In this document: in pieces, positions 1 through 11,829 of the stretch | Position numbering within the stretch: position 1 is the first letter of the stretch | Layout of the letters: every line of letters starts with the position of its first letter | Origin: Callorhinchus milii | Taxonomy: Eukaryota | Direction: 5' to 3' | Length of the DNA: 60,000 nucleotides | Assembly: GCF_018977255.1 (NCBI RefSeq) | Contig: NW_024704743.1 | Span: forward strand, 30,010,001-30,070,000 | The notes under the pieces: model-generated | Databases searched by the model: none | Told to the model about the DNA's origin: nothing | Seen by the model: the letters and a program-made list of their open reading frames with translations, nothing else | Position numbers and translations under genes: made by a program

Positions 1-727
1 ACTATCAAGGAATTTCTGATCTTGTCTGGACTCTCATGGGGAGGCAGTGAATAGAGGTGACCCATTTCTCCACAGGAATTGAAGTCTTGGCAGAGTCGGT
101 CTGTCTCAGTCCATTGGGCATAAATAAAAGGGAAAAAAGGTTAAACTGTTGTTTAATGATAACAATAGTAATAATTCTTGCATTTGATATAAGAGTCTTA
201 TCAGGTTGTAGAAATGTCCCAAAGCTCTTCACAGAAAATACTGTAAAGTGGTTTGACTGTGTATTTGTGTGCGAGTGGAAGCGGAAACTACCTGAGAAAG
301 ATAGGGTGATTTGGAAACCAAAAGAGAACTTAAAATCTTGCTGCCTTTTGCTCAAAACCAAGGTTACTACATGTGCAAAGATTAAGTTTCGCTACATTAT
401 GCTTAATTTATTTTTCGGGCAGTACAGTGTACCAAATAAGGGTTACCTGAATCCATATTCAGGTTCTATACCATATTGTTCATGTTGTAATTGTTTAATT
501 TCCTTGATTGTATGAAGTGCAGTGACTGGCCAAGCTACAGATACAGGAAATGGGGTTGGTGAGATCAACTTATCTGTCTGATGTATAAATCACACCTCAG
601 TGCAGTTATTTCTGACCTGCACACAATTTTTTTTATGTCATGTAAAATTTCTTTGAGTGTGCCGAGATACTTTTATATAAAATAATTGGACAAGTTGCTT
701 GCTTTAAGGAGCTTCACCATTATTAGA

Positions 728-1044
728 GTGGAGTCCTGTAGCTCAGTGGTTAGAGCACTCGCTTTGCAAGTGAGAGACCTGAGTTCAATTCCAGGCAGGG
801 CGAAACCTTGGGCAAGTTTCCTTACTCCACACGCCTAATAATAATCCCTCCAAAAAAAAAAACAATAATTAAATTGGTCATTTTCAATCTACGACTGTTT
901 GTGGGACATTGCTGTGCGCAATTGGCTGCCGCGTTCGCCCACAAATATACAGTCAATTCACTTTACAGTGTGTTCTGTGAAGCGCTTTGGGACGTCCTCC
1001 CGACGTGAAAAGCGCTATATTAAATGCAAGGATTATAGGATTAT
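728..1044 (+). mobile_element. Young tRNA(Ala)-derived SINE, full length, short form
   Basis: Head GGAGTCCTGTAGCTCAGTGGTTAGAGC...GAGTTCAATTCC with Pol III A and B boxes and a TGC anticodon-like loop. Tail gcgctttgggacgtcctcccgacgtgaaaagcgc...tgcaaggatta. Near-identical copies at 13.8, 31.9 and 53.4 kb. Confidence 0.9.
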
Positions 1045-1082
1045 TTCAATTTTATTGTTGGCCTTTGTCAACAATAAAATAT

Positions 1083-1458
1083 GTGTCAGCCTGGCTTATT
1101 GATGGCACTCTTGCCTCTGAGTCAGAAGGTCTAAGTCAAGATGACACTCCAATGGTGGTGTGTTGCATTGTCGGAAGTGCCTTCCTTCAGATGAGAGACT
1201 AAACTGAGGACCTGACTGCCTGGACGTTAAAAACCCCATGAAACTATTTGAAAAGAAAAGTGTCCTGGCCAACAAATTCCCCCAATAAAATTGGCCACTC
1301 ACTCCATGGCTGTTTTGGGGACATTGCTGACTCCTGAGTTTCGCCCGCAAAATACACAGTCACTCCACTTTACAGTATATCATGTGAAGCGCTTTGAGAT
1401 GACTCAATGATGTGTTAATTTGCTATATCAAACAAATCAAATACAAGGATCATTATAT
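1083..1458 (+). mobile_element. DeuSINE (AmnSINE1/SacSINE1-like), diverged copy
   Basis: tRNA-like head (gcctctgagtcagaagg), Deu-domain-like tgcattgtcggaagtgcc...cagatgagagactaaactgagg...cccatg...tgtcctggccaa, and an L2-type tail. Confidence 0.8.
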
Positions 1459-2596
1459 GTTGCCTCTATAATTGTGTCCCATGTTTTAGAACTAACCTTT
1501 TTTTAGTAGGAAATTATTTAGCCAATTGAAGAATAAAGTTATTCAAGAGCATGGGAGTAGGATCGGGGAAGATATCTCCATTGGGAAGCAGTGGAACAAA
1601 CTACGCATGTTAACATTAGATTGCAATTGGACAAAAAAACAAAGAATTTTGTATTACTGTGCGGATTTTAAATATTCTAGTGCTCTTTAAATATTGGTTA
1701 AATTCAACCAATGGTGAATCTACAGGCACATTTGACTGAATTTATATTTTAATTCATTAATAAAGTTGCCTTTTTAGAATGGCAGAAACTACTTCTTCCC
1801 ACATTCAATTTCTGTTGAAGCGACTGAGAATTTGGGAATAGGGTTAGAATTTCTTGCTTCCCTGAATTACCCTTCAGAGGAGACTGGAAAGTCCATTAAT
1901 TCGCAGTGATCTGATTCTGTTTCTGGTGTCTGGAACATTTAACGGGCAAGATGAAAATTATACATGCAACTAAACTGTCCACCTAGTGCTATTTAAGATT
2001 GAAAAGCAAACCGTCTGTCACTGTCATAGATGAAATTACCAATGGTGCACAAATTAAGCTTTGTAAAGCTTCACCATTCATCTAAAGATTTGTTATTCAA
2101 GCTTAGAACTTGATTTATCTCATAGAGCAACTCCTTTCTTGGGTACTATAGTGACAAGCACTTTGAATAAAACAGACACTTAAAATGCAAACCACTTTGG
2201 AAAGGATAAAATTGGTTGCATGGCTGAACTCACATCATTGCACTTGAAATACGAAAATGCATAAAATAAACCAGTTTATTTGCTCATTGCTAAGATAATT
2301 GACTATCAACAGTTGGCTCACTCAAGATGCTACAGTTGATCTAGATTCTGTTAAATAGTTGCTTGATAAAAATGTTGATCGCAACTAAAAGACAGAATTA
2401 TGAATTACCATCAGAAATTATGTCGCTAGTCCACTGTAGGTATGGCCAGTTTTTCATTGAATTAGCTGATGTTCAGATTTTTGCCAGTATTTTACTCCAG
2501 TGAAATTTTAAGTGTACAATTTTGTAAAGTTCTTAAATTCATTAAGCCTTAAGTTGGAAAACAGTTTTGCAATATTAAATCTGCAGCAGTAGAAGT

Positions 2597-2982
2597 ATCA
2601 GCCTAGCTCTCAACTGAGTCAGAAGGTTGTGGGTTCAAGCCCCACAGCAGCATTTTGAACTTGTTATCTAGGCTGACACACCCAATATATTGCTGGGGTG
2701 TGCTGCATTGTTCAAAGTAACATCCTTCGGATTAGATGTTAAACCGAGGTCCTGTCTGCCCGATGAGGTGAACTTCGAAGATCTCATGGCACTATTCAGA
2801 AAGAGAATGGAGATTTTCCTTGGTGTTCTGGCCATGCGGGATATTGATGTATGCAAATTTGCTACTGTGCTTGCCTACATTCATTACGTGACGTGAAGCG
2901 CTTTGAGACATCCTCACAACATGAAAGGCGCTGTATAAACATAAAACATGATGAGTAGCTATATCAAATGCAAGGATTATTA
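2597..2982 (+). mobile_element. DeuSINE, diverged copy
   Basis: ctgagtcagaaggttgtgggttcaagcccc head, gatgttaaaccgaggtcctgtctgcc...gatctcatggcactattc Deu domain, and tail ending tgcaaggattattat. Confidence 0.8.
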
Positions 2983-3403
2983 TAAAGAAAGAAAACAAAG
3001 TAACAACAAACATTTATAGATGTAACAAACACATGCTTACATCTGAAAGTCCCCCCCCACCAAGCAATACATTAATTTCAGCTGTTAGACTTCACTTTTT
3101 TTAAGTGAGAGATTACAAGTGGTTTGTGTATCTATTTGAATCATTGTGGTATCAGAGAATGATTATTTCTGTAATATCTTTGAGGTCGTCAATGTATATG
3201 TTTCTAAATCATTTGTGGAGAGAAATTCCAGCTGGGTCTAGACTTACACTATTTATGTGGCATTTTGCAGATTTTAGCAAATTCTAGAATTCCGTCTCAA
3301 CTTTGAAGCTGCTTTTCCTCATTTGTTGAAAGAACTTAAAGAAAAACGGCTTCAAAATTAAGGCTGTATTCAAGATTCTGCCATTTTTTGTGTTGTATCT
3401 AAT

Positions 3404-3835
3404 GTACAACAAGATACAACAAGATTCCATTTATAAAGCGCCTTTCACGTCAGGAGGACGTCCCAAGGCGCTGCACAGTTGGGTCAGGACCCGAGCAGGG
3501 GGGAAATGGTCAGGGTGAGGGGAGGGAAGGAAGGGAGCGAGGAGGGGGGAAATGGTCAGGGTAAAGGGAGGGAAGGGAGGCAGCGAGGAGGGGGAAGAGA
3601 GTCGAGAGGGGAGCTGAAGGCACGGTCAAAGAGAAAGGTTTTGAGACCGGCCTTGAAGGAGGAAAGGGAGGAAGCGGCGAAGGCACTGGGGGATAGAGTT
3701 CCAGAGCCTCGGGGCTGAGAGGCTGAAGGCCCGACCACCGATGGTCGGGCGGTTGGGGCGGGGGACGTGGAGCAGACCGGAGCCGGAGGAACGGAGGGTA
3801 CGGGCAGGTAGGTAGGGGGATAGTAGGTCAGAGAG
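3404..3835 (-). mobile_element. L2 (CR1/L2 clade) LINE 3' end, young subfamily
   Basis: ORF2 C-terminal peptide RTLRSSGSGLLHVPR...GGRAFSLSAPRLWNSIP...FKAGLKTFLF on the minus strand, a 3' stem-loop and a (TTG)n-like tail. Confidence 0.9.
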
Positions 3836-3977
3836 GTGTAGAATATATGGAGCAAATGTAGACCTAGTGGAAATTTGTAAACAAGAAAAATAATGTAATT
3901 TCACAGAATTTGAATACACGGAATACTTTAAATTAAAACACTTTTTTTTTGTGTGTTTTGTCCTGATGCACAGAGCT

Positions 3978-3990
3978 GTTGCCTGGTTAC
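3978..3990. promoter_or_regulatory. Candidate RFX X-box
   Basis: GTTGCCTGGTTAC (reverse complement GTAACCAGGCAAC) fits GTNRCC(N0-3)RGYAAC. Motif match only. Confidence 0.35.
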
Positions 3991-4334
3991 CTTTCATAGT
4001 AAATCCCTTGTGCACAGGAATGAAAATGCTCTTAACCTTCAGTCATTGTTGCAACAACAATGAGAAGATCTTTGGAATATTAATAGAAAATATGGCACAT
4101 TAGTGAGGTACTCTCAGCTGCATGTAAATTACTCTATTAGTATAACCGCAGCTTATTTAAGGAAACTGCTCAACCAACAAGGTGACACTTTGAGGAAAGT
4201 ATCTTCTATATTTTACATTAGTGGATAGTAGATATCAGATTTGTGAAAGTGTTTTTTAAATAAAGTGATACTCCTGCATTTCTCACCAGTTGTAAGTGAA
4301 CTATAGCAGATAATGCATGTATTTCTTCATTCAG

Positions 4335-4411
4335 ATACGGCCTGTTGCCCACAGCCGGATAATAGCATCAGCAAGGTTCCGGAGGCCTATTCAAGAGCCT
4401 TGTACTATTTG
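4335..4411 (+). CDS. DCDC2: DCDC2 internal coding exon (equivalent to human exon 3), IRPVAHSRIIASARFRRPIQEPCTI(C)
   Basis: ttcttcattcag acceptor and gtgagt donor; 77 nt, phase 0 to 2. The peptide matches the inter-DCX linker of DCDC2 (human VKPVIHSRINVSARFRKPLQEPCTIF, recalled). Confidence 0.93.
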
Positions 4412-4469
4412 GTGAGTAAAGACCAGAAATGATCTTTAAAGTAGTGAATTAAGTTGTATCATGTTAAAT

Positions 4470-4812
4470 CGCTTTGGGATGTGAGTGAACCAGGCAGGGT
4501 CTGACAATAGCGTTTGTTCCCCATCCCTATTTGCTGCACAGCAAATTGTTAGATCATTTCAGAGGGTGTTTAGAATCAACCAGAGCTGGGGTCTTGAGTT
4601 GCACGTGAGCCAGCGTGAGTCAGGATGGCGGATTTCCTTCCCTAAAAGACATTAGTGAACCGCTTGAGTCTTTACAACAATACGGCAGCTTTGTGACTGT
4701 ATTTCAGGTGCCTTGTCAAATTGCCAATTATTTGGTACTAAATTGCCTAAATCTCATTGCAGAATTTGAACTCATGACGTTTGAGATTCTAGTCCAGTAA
4801 AATTACCAACAT
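4470..4812 (-). mobile_element. Older tRNA-headed SINE-like repeat of a third family
   Basis: The minus strand reads ...ggtaattttactggactagaatc...gagttcaaattc (A/B-box-like), then ggttcactaatgtcttttagggaaggaaatccgccatcct, a sequence I recognise as common in chondrichthyan repeats. Family name not assigned. Confidence 0.55.
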
Positions 4813-5121
4813 TATTAAATTGTAATACTTTTTTCCTATTGTTGACTGAGCTATCCAGACTCATTTTATAACCTTTTCTAATGGGCATGACAAGTTAACA
4901 TTAGACTGTAAAACCATTGATAATTTGTGAGGCTGTGTCAAGTCCTTAGTGGTCTGGTGAAGGATCTGCTCTTGCGTACCAACCTTAGTATTCATCTGAA
5001 TTTATCTGAGTGGTTTTCCTTGCCTTTTCCTTCAGTGATTCATAGCACAGACATAGTGTTGCTGCTTTATGTGTGTTTGCCCTGGCCATTTGTTTTCATT
5101 ATATAATCCTCTCTCATTTAG

Positions 5122-5253
5122 TGTGATTGCAAATGGAGACCTCTTAAACCCTGCCGTCCGGCTGCTGATACCTAAAAAGATACTGAGACAGTGGGAACAG
5201 GTTCTCGGTATGATCACGGAGAAAGTAAACCTTAGAACTGGAGCTGTAAGAAA
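5122..5253 (+). CDS. DCDC2: DCDC2 internal coding exon (exon 4 equivalent), N-half of second doublecortin domain VIANGDLLNPAVRLLIPKKILRQWEQVLGMITEKVNLRTGAVR(K)
   Basis: ctctcatttag acceptor and gtaagt donor; 132 nt, phase 2 to 2, in frame with the previous exon. Typical DCX-domain sequence; visible within ORF 5069..5257. Confidence 0.95.
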
Positions 5254-6371
5254 GTAAGTCTTACCCAGAATGACTGCTGACTGTACTAACATGACATTTG
5301 TTGATGATGGGAACATTATGTGACTTGGTCAGTGATGTAAAGTCCAGGTCAAGTATACTATATGCTTGGGGAAAAGAACTTTTTTTTCTAAAAAAAGTGC
5401 TGATCCTCCACAAGGCTACGTCAGTGTATAAAAAGATGTAACTAACTGTCATGATTACAGAACTGTCGACGTTGAAAGTGACATTTGTTTAGCAGTGGAC
5501 TGCAAACTTATTTAGACTATGGAACTACAGTATTTATTTTGAAATAGTGAAATAGCGTCAGAATGGGTTGCGTTTTTAAACTGATTTAACTGATTGCTGA
5601 TCCCAATAAGTGATGATTGCCATTTTTTTTTGAATCGAAGGAAAATATTTAATGACACGACATGCAACAGAGATCATTTGCGATAGGAGCAGTAAAGTGA
5701 GAGGAGTTATGGAGTGGGGTGAAAAGAGCGTCTCATGTGTGAGTTGCACTGACGATCTATTTCCTGCATACAGACTACACTATGGCCCATTATAACAGGT
5801 GGACGTCTATGCAGCAAAAAGGAAGGGACATCGGTGACCTAGTGACCCACAAGTCAGAATGGGTTTAATGTGGGAACCAGTGAGCTGTGCTCGTACGCAT
5901 TGAAACTGTCTGGTATACCTTGCTACAGCACGGGATCCCAACCACTGTGTTCTAACAAAGCCATACCGTAGTTTACATTCATTGCACTTAATTTAATCTG
6001 AACAGATTATGAAGGTGTGAGAGGTCACAAGGAGAATGAAGAAGAGAAACACTCAGTTTGGTTCAAGCTTCAAATTTGTAGTTCTGCTGGCATCCAGCAC
6101 AATAACTTCATCCAATAGGTTGTCACAAAACAAAATAAGAGTTAAAACAGGGAAAATGATAGAAATAAGAACATTTAAGCTATCCCTAAATCAAAAAGGA
6201 TATATACTTTCCTTAAGTAAATATCCTATTCTGTTACTTGAAGAAGAGCATTACTCAAGTTCAGTGTGTTTTTTTTTGGTTTGGTCAGTTTCTAAATTGA
6301 AATTATAACAAGGTACACAGAAGGACACACACTTCTGGGAGACTGTTTGTGCCAATATGTAAAATAACTGT

Positions 6372-6665
6372 CTTTGCATTTGGTATAGCATCACAGCATT
6401 TTACTGTAAAGTGTAGTGACTGTATTTTGTAGGTGAACGCAGCAGTCAATTTTTGTATGGCAATGCTCGTGGACTGACATCAAATGAATCGCCACAATTA
6501 TTTGGGGGATTGTTCCCAGCCACCGGGAAAAATTCCCTTCTCAAATAGTGCCATGGGATCTTTAATGTCCATAGAGAGGAACTTGGTTTAAAGTCTCATC
6601 CAAAGGATGGCACCGCCCACAATGACAGCAAATCTCCAGCATTGCGTTGTGAGTTCCAGGTCAAA
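6372..6665 (-). mobile_element. DeuSINE fragment
   Basis: aatagtgccatgggatctttaatgtcc...ggtttaaagtctcatccaaaggatggcacc is the reverse complement of the Deu domain; the tail is at about 6375. Confidence 0.75.
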
Positions 6666-7849
6666 GTTTAATATGGTAACAAACTCTTAAAAGTATAAAA
6701 CCATGGGCATGATATCCTCCCTCCCCTTTCATAGCAAAATTTCACCCAAGTCTCGAAAATGTGATAAGGTGCTATATCAAATGCAAAGCTTATTATATTA
6801 TAAAATGAGGAGAAAATTCTGGCCATTTGCTTAATTTGTCCTTTGATATATAAATGAATGCACTGCTTCCTCCTCACCTTTCTCCCTCCAAAACTTTCTC
6901 CAGTTGTCAGCTGTTTGTTTTGTTGCTAACACATTAGAAAGTTATTCTTCTCCTTCACTCAACCTTCATAAAAAGTCTTATATAAATTTTGCAAAGTCTT
7001 CCTTGAATGCTTTTTTTAAAAGCATATTTTACTAAAGTAGCCGCCATACCCATTGATCTTTTGATCTAGGTTTTGAATGCATTCCTGCTTTGTACAACAG
7101 GGCAGTCAATTGAGAAACCCCTGCATTAGTGGGTGCCATGTCCGTTGAAACCTTTCTCAGGTCTGTTGCCAACCTCAATCGTCGCCAGTTCCAGTTTGGC
7201 CTCTCATAGTAAGCGGGCAGGAAAGACTTTGAATCAACATCAGCGCAGAGAGTGGATCAGTCAATTGTCACTGCTTAAAAGAGCTAGATTTCTATTAAAA
7301 GTAATTTATGTAATGTTGAGACAGTTATCAGTTGAAATAGTTTGTTTAACTTGCAGAGTTAATAGTTTAATAGTTAATCTGTGCACTGAACTAATAATGT
7401 ATTGTGAACAAGAATACTGAAAAATAGTAGTTATTCTATTTAACTATTCCATGGTGCATTGGTTTGGATCAGTGGAGGGAAGAGAGATGAATGAGCAGAA
7501 CATTAACTGGCCTCAACCATTCACATTCCTTCAAAAAATGTCTTAGATCCTGCTTCAGTTAAGTTAACAAGAACTTTAATTTTAATGGGTCATTTACTTC
7601 AATCCTTTTTGTTTGTTGAAAGCAGTCTGCAGCAGTCTAATATTTTTCTATAACAGTTTGTGAAATTTGAAGAATCAAAAGCCTATTCTACTGCGCTGTC
7701 TGGCATTGTGTTATTACCATTATGGTAACTTCAGAATTTTTTTTCTTAAAAGCATTTTAAACACAACAGAGCACATTGGCAATAAATGTCGGTGATTAAG
7801 GCAGGAGTACTACTATCTATATTTGCAGAGGGCCCCTTTGCCTGCTGGA

Positions 7850-8305
7850 ACCTCTCTGCTGTGTTCTCAACAGTTGATCACGTACTCCTCCGTCATCCAC
7901 CTTAGTGGGACCGCATTTGCCTGGTTTGAGTCCTACTTAACCGACCACCATCACTTCGTTTCTTCAAATGTTTTTTCCCGTCCCCGCCACCACCTTGTCA
8001 CCTGCGACGTACCCCAATGGTCCTTCCTTGAACCCCGTTTAATTATTTACACGTACCATCTCAGCGATGTCATCCACAGATACAGGGTCAACTTCCACAT
8101 GAACGGATGGCACCCAAATCTACTTCTACCCCTCCAGCTGCAACTCCAGGTCCGTTGATGTTCCGTCAGCTGGATGAGAACAAACTTCCTATGTTGTACT
8201 TGAACATTGATAAGATGGAAGGCACACTCCTTGGCTTCTGTCAACGTCTTCTGTCCTGTGACTCAGATCTCATCAACCTCCCTGGCCTATCCTTCAGACT
8301 TACTG
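7850..8305 (+). mobile_element. L2 LINE reverse-transcriptase fragment, decayed
   Basis: Peptides LSGTAFAWFESYLTDH, VTCDVPQ and DVIHRYRVNFH are homologous to L2 RT motifs; frameshifted. Confidence 0.85.
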
Positions 8306-9249
8306 AATGTTTTTTAAACTAAATATATATATATTTGTTGATATATATTTACTCTTATCTCAGCCAGTATTAAACCCATTACAGAAGAAAAGACGCAGCC
8401 TGTTAATATTGCGTTACAGGACGCAACAGACCCAGCCCCTTGTGGTGAGGGGGTTCCCTTTGCGCACTCCACTTTGGTGGAGGGACCAAAGGCTTTCCCG
8501 CCTCAGGGTTCTGGCACCTTTGCAGGGCGCAGTTACAAATGTGGTCCGGACAAGTTCACAGCACACAGGATGTGTGTAAGCTAGATGTTGGGTTCGATCC
8601 CCAGTTGTCTTTCCTACCCCACACCCGATCCCTAACCAAGATCACTTCCTCCACCTCCATCACATCATGCTTCCCATGATCTAGCCAATTTCCATTCCCC
8701 TTCAGATGCTCCCTTCTCATTCTGTGCATTCTAAACTTCTGGAACCAATCCCCTGAGTAGCAGTATAAACATTTTGCTAATTTCTAAACATGTAGCATTC
8801 ACTAAATTTTGCTTTGTTATTCCATTTGGTGAATTTCCCATTATTGTTTTTCTTACAGAAGATGCCATATCTTTTTGTAAATTGGTTATGTTCTTTATTC
8901 TCCAATCCTCAGATGCCACAAATGTTTCTAATGAGCACCTAAATATATCCAGCAGAACATGACCAATTTCAATTCCTCTTGTCTCTGTGGCACACCTTCA
9001 TCCACTTTGTATCCAGTGGTGCATTTATTTTTCTCTATACAATTTTCTTGTAGTTTTTATGTTCAATTGAATTATGTTAACAGTATGTCCAGAAACCCAT
9101 TGTTCCTCCATGTATTTCCATTGTAGTACTCAAACAATTGTGCTTGATCCTTCACACATTTATCCAATGCCTTTTCCTGATCCGTTGTTCTATAGTAGAT
9201 TTTAATACAACAACTTGCATTTAGGTAGCCTGACAAGTGAACCAGAGGC

Positions 9250-10063
9250 AGTAGGGAGGTGACCATAAGCATGATCAAAATGGAAGGTCTTTTGGTTGGA
9301 TTTGAAGGTGGGCAGGGAGGGGACAAGGTAGAGGGAGAGAGTTCCAGAGTTTTGTGGCGTAGTCACTGAAGGCATGGCCACTGATGGTGGAGAGGGTGAG
9401 GGACAAACAGGAGGCCGGAGCCACCTGAGTGGAAGCAGCGGTGTGAGGGCATGAAGGAGTTTCAAAATGAGTGAGAGGATCTTGAAATTGATCCGTTCAG
9501 TAATTGGGAGCCAGTGGAGCCTGGCAAGGGCTGGTGTGATGGGGTACAGAGTTTTGTGCGGGTGAGTATCTGGGAGTGGAGTTTTGAATGAATTGAATTT
9601 TGTGTATAGTGGAGCTGGAGAGACCAGTAAAGGAAGACATTGGAATAATCCAGCTGGGAAGTGACGAAAGGCATGAATGAGGGTTTTGGCTGCTTTCGAT
9701 GCGAAGTATGGACAGAGGGGGGCAACATGATGGAAAAAAGCGGTCCTGGTCAGGGAATGGATGTGGGTTAGAAAGGAAAGGTGGGGATCGAACCTGATGC
9801 CTAAGTTGCGCACAGGTTTGGTGAGTCTGAGGGAAAGCCCATGAAGGTTGAAGAGTTCCGACCTGAAGGAGAGAAGATGTTGACAGGAGCCAAAGAGTAT
9901 GGCTTGTGTCTTGCCAACATTCAGCTGCAGTAGATTTGTGCTCATCCAGGCCTTGATGTCCGTCAAACTGGGAGTTGCAGCTGGAGAAGTAGATTTGGGT
10001 GTCATCCGTGGAAGTTGACCCCATGTCTGCAGATGACATCACTGAGAGGAAGCATGTAGATGA
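9250..10063 (-). mobile_element. Older L2 LINE, 3' part of ORF2
   Basis: LTDIKAWMSTNLLQLNVGKTQAILFGS...VRNLGIRFDPHLSF...LARLHWLPITERINFKIL; frameshifted. Confidence 0.9.
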
Positions 10064-11190
10064 GGAAAACAACAACAGCAGCAGCAAAATTACATTTATA
10101 GAGCACCTTTCCCGTCGGGAGGACGTCCCAAAGTGCTGAACAGTCAGGTATTGGGGCCTGAGCATGGGGGAGGGGTGATGTAGGGTGAGGGAAGGTAGAG
10201 AGGTGGGAGGGAGACCAAAGGTACAGTCGAAGAGAAGGGTCTTGAGACCTGTCTTGAAGGAGGCAAGGGAGGAAGCGTGGTGAAGGGACTGTGGGATGGA
10301 GTTCCAGAGTGTGGGGGCAGAGAAGCTGAAAGCCCGGCCACCAATGCTAGGGCGGGTCGGGCGGGAGACATGGAGCAGGCCGGAGCCCGATGAACGGAGG
10401 AAGCGGGCAGGTTGGTACGGAGTCAGCAGGTCAGAGAGGTAGGAGGGGGCAAGGCCATGGATGGCCTTAAAAGTGAGGATCTTGAACTCGATCCTCTGAG
10501 GGATGGGGAGCCAGTGGAGTCGGGCGAGGGTGGGAATGATGGGGTCAAGGAGCCTGGTGTGTGAGAGTACACGAACTGCAGAGTTTTGGATGATCTGCAG
10601 CTTGTGAAGGGAAGAGTTGGGAAAGTCGATGAGGAGGGAGTTCCCATAATCAAGCCTTGAGGTGATGAATGCGTAGGTGAGGGTCTCGGCAGCCTGAGGG
10701 GTGAGGCAGTGACGGAGTCTGGCAATGTTGCAGAGGTGGTGGAAGGCAGTGCCGGTCATGGCGCGGATGTGGGGGAGAAAGGACAGTTCAGGGTCAAACA
10801 AGATACCCAGGTTCCTGACTGGCTTAGTGAGGTTGAGTGTGCAGCCGTGGAGGCTGATGCAGTCAGTGCCTGAGGTGCGGAGGCATCTGGTGCGAACCAA
10901 TCAGGAGAGCCTCGGTCTTGCTGATGTTGAGTTGGAGAAAGTTGTCCCTCGTCCAGGACTTGATGTCGGACAGGCAGTCGGTCAGGACAACAGTAGTCCT
11001 GGAGTTCAGGGTGGAGGCAGAGAGATAGAGTTGGATGTCATCCGCATACGTGTGGAAATTTAGCCCATGTCTGCGGATGACGTCACCAAGGGGGAGCATG
11101 TAGAGGGTGAAGAGGAAGGGACCGAGGACAGAGTCCTGAGGAACACCGCACGAGACAGTGCGGGGGCTGGAGGAGAAGCCGATGATCAAA
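10064..11190 (-). mobile_element. Younger 5'-truncated L2 LINE (RT YADD motif to 3' end) nested in an older L2
   Basis: ORFs 10863..11189 (GVPQDSVLGPFLFTLYMLPLG...YADDIQLY) and 9497..10900 (LDYGNSLL...LHWLP...FKTGLKTLLF); own 3' hairpin and (TTG/CTG)n tail at about 10065-10140. Confidence 0.93.
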
Positions 11191-11405
11191 CAAGGGCGGG
11201 AGGAAAAAACATTTACCGAGATGTATTGTTGGTGGTTTGTTAAGTAGGACTCGAGCCATGTGAATGCAGTCTCACTAAGGTTGATAAGGGAGGAGAGGTG
11301 GTGGAGGAGGATGGCGTGATCGATTGTTCAAATGCGGCAGAGAGGTCCAGGCCAACGAGAAGGTAGAGGGAGCGCTGGCCACAGAGAGAGCGAGAGAGGA
11401 TGTCA
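11191..11405 (-). mobile_element. Older L2 LINE, upstream RT part (probable continuation of 9250-10063)
   Basis: The minus strand encodes LDLSAAF..IDHAILL and WLESYLTNHQQYISVNVFSSRP-like RT sequence. Confidence 0.8.
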
Positions 11406-11829
11406 TTTTTTATTTTAACAAAACTAATAGTTTCTGTCTCTTAATAATTCTTACCATGATCGACAATATTTCTACGTTATGCAAGTTTGTGTAACTCCTT
11501 TATTAACCTGTCTTTCACGTAAAAAAGACGCCTCCTCCTGCTTTATGCTTTCTTTCCTTACGAATAAACATTCCTAAGGTTTAGAAATTTTAACCAAAGG
11601 TGTGCAGAAAGAGTTGCTATATTAGCATATGAATAGCAAAGCATAAAATTGTTAAGTGCTGCAATTAGAGAATAATTTGCCTGATATTTGTCTGAGGATC
11701 TTTGTCAACATGTAACAAAATAAGAGTAAATGAGGATAATGATACTGCACTCTAATAATAACCATGTACTGATGTATAATTGCGTTTATTCTGTCGCTTA
11801 GGAATTTAGCAATGGTCATAAAGGTCTTA

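Noticed and set aside
730..806. tRNA-Ala(TGC/CGC)-like cloverleafs (also at 14.0, 31.9, 43.7 and 53.4 kb)
   Set aside because: They are SINE heads: the acceptor stem is imperfect, each is followed by the same SINE body and tail, and copies carry scattered mutations.
9497..10900. 467-aa ORF as a host gene
   Set aside because: It is L2 ORF2 C-terminal sequence reading through into an out-of-frame older L2; 5'-truncated and frameshifted.
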